In this document: piece by piece, positions 15,772 to 20,321 of the stretch
How the letters are laid out: the number at the start of each line of letters is the position of its first letter
Numbering within the stretch: the first letter of the stretch is position 1
NCBI GenBank assembly: GCA_041498975.1
Contig: JBGQJI010000036.1
Span: forward strand, 1-20,321
Reading direction: 5' to 3'
DNA from: Candidatus Methylomirabilis sp.
GTDB lineage: Bacteria > Methylomirabilota > Methylomirabilia > Methylomirabilales > Methylomirabilaceae
Length of the DNA: 20,321 nucleotides
Program-made: the position numbers and the translations under genes
Notes under the pieces: generated by a model
The model's database searches: none
What the model saw: the letters and a program-made list of their open reading frames with translations, nothing else
What the model was told of the DNA's origin: nothing

Positions 15772-16935
15772 ATGATGATGCGCGGGGTGTCCGTCATAGG
15801 GATCGGGTGCACGAGGTTCGGGAAGCGGAATGGCATCGGCATCATCGACCTGGCGGTCCAGGCGTGTCGGGAGGCGCTGGATGACGCGGGGGTCCCGAAT
15901 GAGCGAGTGCAGGCGTTTTACCTCGGCAACTTCGTCTCCGAGGCGCTGGTCCACCAGGGGTCGCTGGCGTCGATGGTTGCGCACCGGCTTGGCCTCAGGG
16001 TAATCCCCTGCACGAAGGTGGAAGGGGCATGTGCCTCGTCCGGCATCGCGTTCCGTCATGGTTTCCTCATGATCGCATCAGGCCTCTGTGATATCGTCCT
16101 GACCGCAGGCGCGGAAAAGATGACCTCGTCCGAGACGGCGACCGTGACACAGGCGTTGGCCTCGGCCGGCGACGCCGAGACGGAAATGCGGCTTGGTCTC
16201 ACCTTTCCGGGGACCTTCGGGGTCATCATGCGGCGTCACATGTACCAGTACGGGACGACGCGCGAGCAGGTGGCAATGGTCTCGGTGAAGAACCGGAGGA
16301 ACGGCAGTCTCAATCCCAAGGCCCACTTTCAGAAGCCGATCAGCCTGGACGAAGTCCTGGAATCGCGGCTGATCTGCGATCCTCTCCGGCTTTATGACTG
16401 CCCGCCGATCAGCGACGGAGCGGCAGCCGCCGTCCTGTGCGCAGCCGACATCGCCGGTGAGTTCAGCAGCCGGCCGGTCGAGATCATCGGCTCGGGGCAT
16501 GCCATGGGTCCCGGGACCCTGTTCGAGATGAGCGACCTGACCACCTTCGAAGCCACGGTGAGCGCCGCTCGGGAGGCCTATCGAATGGCTGGCGTCTCCC
16601 CACGCGACATCGATGTGGCGGAGGTTCACGATTGCTTCAGCATCGCCGAGATCGCGGCCACCGAAGACCTGCGATTCGTTGAGAAGGGGAAGGGCGGCCG
16701 CGCTGTCGAGGAAGGGCTGACCGCGATGAACGGGCCGATCCCGGTCAACCCGAGCGGAGGGTTGCTCTCCAAAGGGCATCCGGTGGGCGCGACCGGCCTC
16801 GCCCAGATCTATGATATCGTCCAACAGCTTCGGGGCGAGGCGATGAACCAGGTCGGAGGCGCGGAAATCGGCCTGGCCCACAACCTGGGCGGGACCGGTG
16901 CGATCAGCACCGTTCATATCCTGAGGCGGCGCTGA
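15772..16935 (+). CDS. SCP-x/archaeal-type thiolase (acetyl-CoA acetyltransferase-like)
   Basis: EGACASSG (active Cys), EVHDCF, KGHPVGATG and HNLGG motifs. GGAGG at 15763-15767. The start may be 15772, 15775 or 15778. Confidence 0.92.
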   Translation: MMMRGVSVIGIGCTRFGKRNGIGIIDLAVQACREALDDAGVPNERVQAFYLGNFVSEALVHQGSLASMVAHRLGLRVIPCTKVEGACASSGIAFRHGFLMIASGLCDIVLTAGAEKMTSSETATVTQALASAGDAETEMRLGLTFPGTFGVIMRRHMYQYGTTREQVAMVSVKNRRNGSLNPKAHFQKPISLDEVLESRLICDPLRLYDCPPISDGAAAAVLCAADIAGEFSSRPVEIIGSGHAMGPGTLFEMSDLTTFEATVSAAREAYRMAGVSPRDIDVAEVHDCFSIAEIAATEDLRFVEKGKGGRAVEEGLTAMNGPIPVNPSGGLLSKGHPVGATGLAQIYDIVQQLRGEAMNQVGGAEIGLAHNLGGTGAISTVHILRRR

Positions 16936-16937
16936 GC

Positions 16938-17261
16938 ATGGCCTCGTTCGGCGCGTTCCAATGCGACACCTGCAAGAGCCTGTCCGCGCCTCCTCACAAC
17001 TGGTGTGGTCGCTGCGGGGCCAGCGCGCTGCGGTCGGTGACGCTCTCTGGTCGAGGCGCGCTTCTTTCCTTCACCACTATTCGGATCCCGCCCGCCAAGT
17101 TCAAGGGGCAGGAGCCGTACGATATCGGGGTCATCGATCTCGAGGAGGGGTTGCGGGTGACGGCGCGGCTCAAAGTACCGGTGAGGAGACAGGCCGTGAT
17201 CGGCGACCCCGTCGTATTTGAAGGATTGGTGGAGCAGGGGCCGGTCTTTCGATTGGTCTGA
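16938..17261 (+). CDS. DUF35 family Zn-ribbon/OB-fold protein
   Basis: CDTC..CGRC zinc ribbon, GALLSFTTI and PY..GVIDLEEGLRV. Starts 2 nt after the thiolase, which is the canonical partner of this family. Confidence 0.9.
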   Translation: MASFGAFQCDTCKSLSAPPHNWCGRCGASALRSVTLSGRGALLSFTTIRIPPAKFKGQEPYDIGVIDLEEGLRVTARLKVPVRRQAVIGDPVVFEGLVEQGPVFRLV

Positions 17262-17282
17262 GGGCGGGATAGGGACAGGGCG

Positions 17283-18098
17283 GTGCTGGCGATCGCAGGG
17301 ATCCAGATGGGCTGCGGGCCGGATCGACGGGCCAACCTGGAGAAGGCGATAGGACTGGGGAGGATCGCCGCCGAACGAGGGGCGAAGGTGATCTGCCTTC
17401 CGGAGTGCTTTGCCTGGCCCTGGTTCCCCCGGCAGGCCGACCAGTCCCAGGTCGCGACGGCCGAGCCGGTCCCCGGGCCGATGAGCGAAGCCGTCAGCGC
17501 CTTCGCGCGCGAACGTGAGGTTGCCGTCATCGCGCCGATCTTCGAGCGCGTGAGCAGTCAGGTCTGTTACGATACGGCGCTGGTGTTCGACGCGGACGGA
17601 AGCCTGCTAGGCCGGTACCGGAAAAACCACATCCCCCAGCTTCCGAATTATCAGGAAAAGTTTTACTTCCAACCGGGTAACCAGGGATTTCCCGTTTTCC
17701 GCACCAGGTATGGCGCGATCGGCGTCCAGATCTCCTGGGATAATTTCTTCCCCGAAGGATCGCGTCTTCTTGCCCTCGCTGGTGCCGATGTGGTCTTTGC
17801 GCCGATGGCCGCCTCGGTTGCGGCGTCCCACACCAAATGGGAGCGGGCGATTGTGGCCAACGCGATCTCCAACGGCTTCTTCGTCTTTCGGGTCAATCGT
17901 GTGGAAGGCGAAGACGGGCTTCCCTTCTACGGAAAGAGCTTCTGCGCTGATCCCAACGGCGACTTCGTGGTAGAACCGGCCGGCGCCAGCGAAGGCGTGA
18001 TCTTGGCCGAGATCGACATGAAATGGGTCAAGGTAGTCAGAGAGGCTTGGCCATTCATGCAGGACCGCCGCCCGGACATTTACGCCGGACTTGCCTAA
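17283..18098 (+). CDS. Carbon-nitrogen hydrolase (nitrilase superfamily; N-carbamoylputrescine amidase/beta-ureidopropionase-like) with Ser at the nucleophile position
   Basis: LPE(41), YRK(114)NHIP, EKFYFxPG, GVQIS(151)WD..FPE, NRV, FYGKSF and DRRPDIY motifs. Confidence 0.88.
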   Translation: MLAIAGIQMGCGPDRRANLEKAIGLGRIAAERGAKVICLPECFAWPWFPRQADQSQVATAEPVPGPMSEAVSAFAREREVAVIAPIFERVSSQVCYDTALVFDADGSLLGRYRKNHIPQLPNYQEKFYFQPGNQGFPVFRTRYGAIGVQISWDNFFPEGSRLLALAGADVVFAPMAASVAASHTKWERAIVANAISNGFFVFRVNRVEGEDGLPFYGKSFCADPNGDFVVEPAGASEGVILAEIDMKWVKVVREAWPFMQDRRPDIYAGLA

Positions 18099-18102
18099 AA
18101 TA

Positions 18103-18208
18103 AGGTTCCACGTTCGAGGTTCCACGTTCCAGGTTCCGAGTACCACGTTGGGGTAATGGGGGGCGTTGAGTCTTCTTGAAAACCCGGAACCTGGGGCCAG
18201 GAACCTCC
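18103..18208. repeat. Two inverted arrays of heptamer repeats between convergent genes
   Basis: AGGTTCC/ACGTTCG/AGGTTCC/ACGTTCC/AGGTTCC/GAGTACC/ACGTTGG (18103-18151), and the complementary-sense AACCCGG/AACCTGG/GGCCAGG/AACCTCC (18181-18208). Confidence 0.8.
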
Positions 18209-18214
18209 CACGGG

Positions 18215-18469
18215 TCAGCCGCCCGAAATGATTGGCAAGAGCTCGAGGGTGTCGCCGTCCTTGGGCCGGTAAGTGGGCAGCTCCCGCTGGCCGTTGACCA
18301 CAACGATCCCGAACTCGAATTCAGGCAGCCCGGCTTTCTTAATTAGGTCCGCGACTGTCTCGCCAGCCGACATCTCCACGGTGATGAACTCGCCCTTGAC
18401 CGGATAGTAATGGCAAAAGCTCCTGGGGATCCGCAGGGTGACCCGGGCCGCCCGAGATCCGTCATTCAA
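18215..18469 (-). CDS. MoaD/ThiS family ubiquitin-like sulfur-carrier protein
   Basis: 84 aa with VVVNG..KDGDTLELLPIISGG C-terminal di-glycine. TTG start with GGAGG upstream. Overlaps the AOR stop by 8 bp. Confidence 0.9.
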   Translation of the reverse strand: MNDGSRAARVTLRIPRSFCHYYPVKGEFITVEMSAGETVADLIKKAGLPEFEFGIVVVNGQRELPTYRPKDGDTLELLPIISGG

Positions 18470-20321
18470 CGAACATTGCCTCCTGTTCCATTAATCCCAA
18501 TGACTTTAGTCTCGTTCCCGTTGGCCGTCCCTGCGCATCCCAGCAGCGGAGGTGGTAGTATTCGTCTCGCATCTTCTCAAAGGCTTCTCTGGGAACGGCC
18601 CGATGCCGGTCGTTGCGGTCCACCGTTGCGATCCGTTCGGGGATGGTGTCATCGGCCTTGGTCACCCCTGCCTTCACGTTGAAGAGGCGCTTCAACGTGA
18701 AAATCCGGTCGCCGATCGTCATCAGCTCCTCCTGGGAGAGCCCCCATCCGGTCGACATGGTGATTGCTTGGGCGAGCCAGACCGGGCCCCCGACCACACG
18801 GAGGTAAAATTTGCACATGCCCGTGGCGTTGTACAGGGCCATCAGATCATGCATCCGCTTGACCAACATGGCCTTTCCTTCACTGGAAAAGGGGCTCAAC
18901 TTGCTGTTGTATCCGAACTCCGGGATCGGCACGCCGCTCTCCACAGCGAAAGCGATGGCGTCCAGATGACAGGCGCCCCGGCTCCCGCAAGCATAGTTCA
19001 GGGCGCTCGACCAGAAGGCTCTGGGGTCATGCATCGGCAACTCCAGCCCTTTGACCTCGACCGTCAAGGCGTCAGCCCCCCTGCCTAGCTTCCGGGCCGC
19101 AGCCCGTGATCCGTCGGCCAGCAAGGTGCCGATGCCTTCGCGCCGCCCTATCTTTTCGACCAGCGTGAGGAGGGTCTGCGGGTCGCCCCATCGTAAAGAG
19201 AGCCCCTCGGTCTGAGCGCGGTCGATCAATCCTCGCTCGAACGCTTCTATGGCGAAGGCGATGGTGTTCCCGAGGGAGATGGTATCTAGGCCGAGGCGGT
19301 TGGCCAGCTCGTTGGCCCTCACAACCGAGTCAAGATCGTCATTGAGCAGCATGGCGCCGAAAGAGCCGAGTGTCTCGTACTCCGGGCCTCGACCGAATGT
19401 GGTGCGAGGTGCGAGGTGCGGAGTGCGGGGTGCGAGGACGACCCAGCAGTGGACCGGGCAACCGCTGCAAGAAGTCTGCTTGTGAGCATAATCCTGATGG
19501 ATGACTTTGCCACTGATGCGCGGCGCCTGCGCCTTAAAATCGCCGGAGGAGAAGTTCTTGATCCCCAAGGCCCCGCGTTCCTCGTGTACCTCGAGAGAGG
19601 CGGAGGTCCCGTATGTGGTAAAGATCCCGAACTTGGCCGCGAAGTCCTTGTGCACGGGCGCGCCCCAATCGAGCAGCTGCTTTGGCTCGGCAATCCGCAG
19701 GCCACGGGACCCTTTGACCGCCACGGCCTTCAGGCATTTGCTCCCCATCACCGCCCCTAGGCCGGTGCGCCCGGCCGCCCGGGCGAGCTCTCCTTCAAAC
19801 ATGATCGCTGCGATGCATGAGAGGATCTCGCCGGCTGGTCCGATGCACCCGACCTTTGCCTCCGGATCGGTCTCGGCCAGGACGGCAGCGTTCGTCTCGA
19901 AGGTGTCTTTTCCCCAGAGGTGCCGCGCCGATCGGATCTCTGCTGCGTCGTCGTGGATCCAAAGGTAAACCGGTTCCAGCGCGACGCCGGTCACCACGAG
20001 CGCATCGAATCCTGTGAAACGGTACTCGGCGCCCCACGTCCCGCCGACGGAGGCTTCGCCGAAGATGCCGGTGAGGGGCGATTTTGCGACGACCGAAGTC
20101 CTGGTGGCGCCGGGGACAAGGGTTCCCGTGAGCAGTCCCGGGACGAAGATGAGGGGGTTCTTTTGATCGAGGGGATGGATGGTGGGATCGGTGAGGTCGG
20201 TGAGGAGCTTTGTCCCGAGGCCGCTGCCGCCCAGGTAGCGTAGGTGGACGTCTTCGCGGATTTGACGATTGCCGATCGCCTTTGTGGTGAGGTCCACGAA
20301 TAGGACCTTCCCAGTGTAGCC
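18462..20321 (-). CDS. aor: Aldehyde:ferredoxin oxidoreductase family protein (tungstopterin-type), 5' end outside the window
   Basis: The frame is open to the window edge (GYTGKVLFVDL). Motifs KSPLTG, IGPAGE, AGRTGLGAVMGSK, CSGCPVHC, GPEYET, GLDTIS, HDPR, RGACH and GMCKF. Confidence 0.93.
   Translation of the reverse strand, partial: GYTGKVLFVDLTTKAIGNRQIREDVHLRYLGGSGLGTKLLTDLTDPTIHPLDQKNPLIFVPGLLTGTLVPGATRTSVVAKSPLTGIFGEASVGGTWGAEYRFTGFDALVVTGVALEPVYLWIHDDAAEIRSARHLWGKDTFETNAAVLAETDPEAKVGCIGPAGEILSCIAAIMFEGELARAAGRTGLGAVMGSKCLKAVAVKGSRGLRIAEPKQLLDWGAPVHKDFAAKFGIFTTYGTSASLEVHEERGALGIKNFSSGDFKAQAPRISGKVIHQDYAHKQTSCSGCPVHCWVVLAPRTPHLAPRTTFGRGPEYETLGSFGAMLLNDDLDSVVRANELANRLGLDTISLGNTIAFAIEAFERGLIDRAQTEGLSLRWGDPQTLLTLVEKIGRREGIGTLLADGSRAAARKLGRGADALTVEVKGLELPMHDPRAFWSSALNYACGSRGACHLDAIAFAVESGVPIPEFGYNSKLSPFSSEGKAMLVKRMHDLMALYNATGMCKFYLRVVGGPVWLAQAITMSTGWGLSQEELMTIGDRIFTLKRLFNVKAGVTKADDTIPERIATVDRNDRHRAVPREAFEKMRDEYYHLRCWDAQGRPTGTRLKSLGLMEQEAMFVE
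19401..19435. repeat. Five tandem heptamers inside the AOR coding region
   Basis: GGTGCGA GGTGCGA GGTGCGG AGTGCGG GGTGCGA, read as (L)APRTPHLAPRT on the minus strand. Confidence 0.85.

Overview
GC-rich bacterial chromosomal window. From gene content and repeat style it may be NC10/Methylomirabilota or a deltaproteobacterium-like lineage (inference only). Left, minus strand: a six-gene archaeal-style methanopterin-like cofactor cluster, SDR > dihydropteroate-synthase-like (Orf20-type) > DUF1464 ASKHA-fold protein > COG1665-like nucleotidyltransferase > DUF447 > mptG. Middle and right, plus strand: tRNA-Val(CAC), a low-GC secreted orphan gene, bioB-bioA-bioD, rlpA, an M23 peptidase, secA, and a thiolase/DUF35/nitrilase-family operon. 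Far right, minus strand: a 5'-truncated aldehyde:ferredoxin oxidoreductase and a MoaD/ThiS protein. The strongest signals are three. (1) A family of 23-24 nt elements (CTTCGAC..GCTCAG) that nests inside itself and inside a larger palindrome, and supplies in-frame sequence to bioB and the bioD start region. (2) Two uncharacterised archaeal-type enzymes translationally coupled within the pterin cluster. (3) A nitrilase-family protein with Ser at the catalytic Cys position, next to a thiolase/DUF35 pair. No CRISPR array, transposase, integrase or rRNA was seen.
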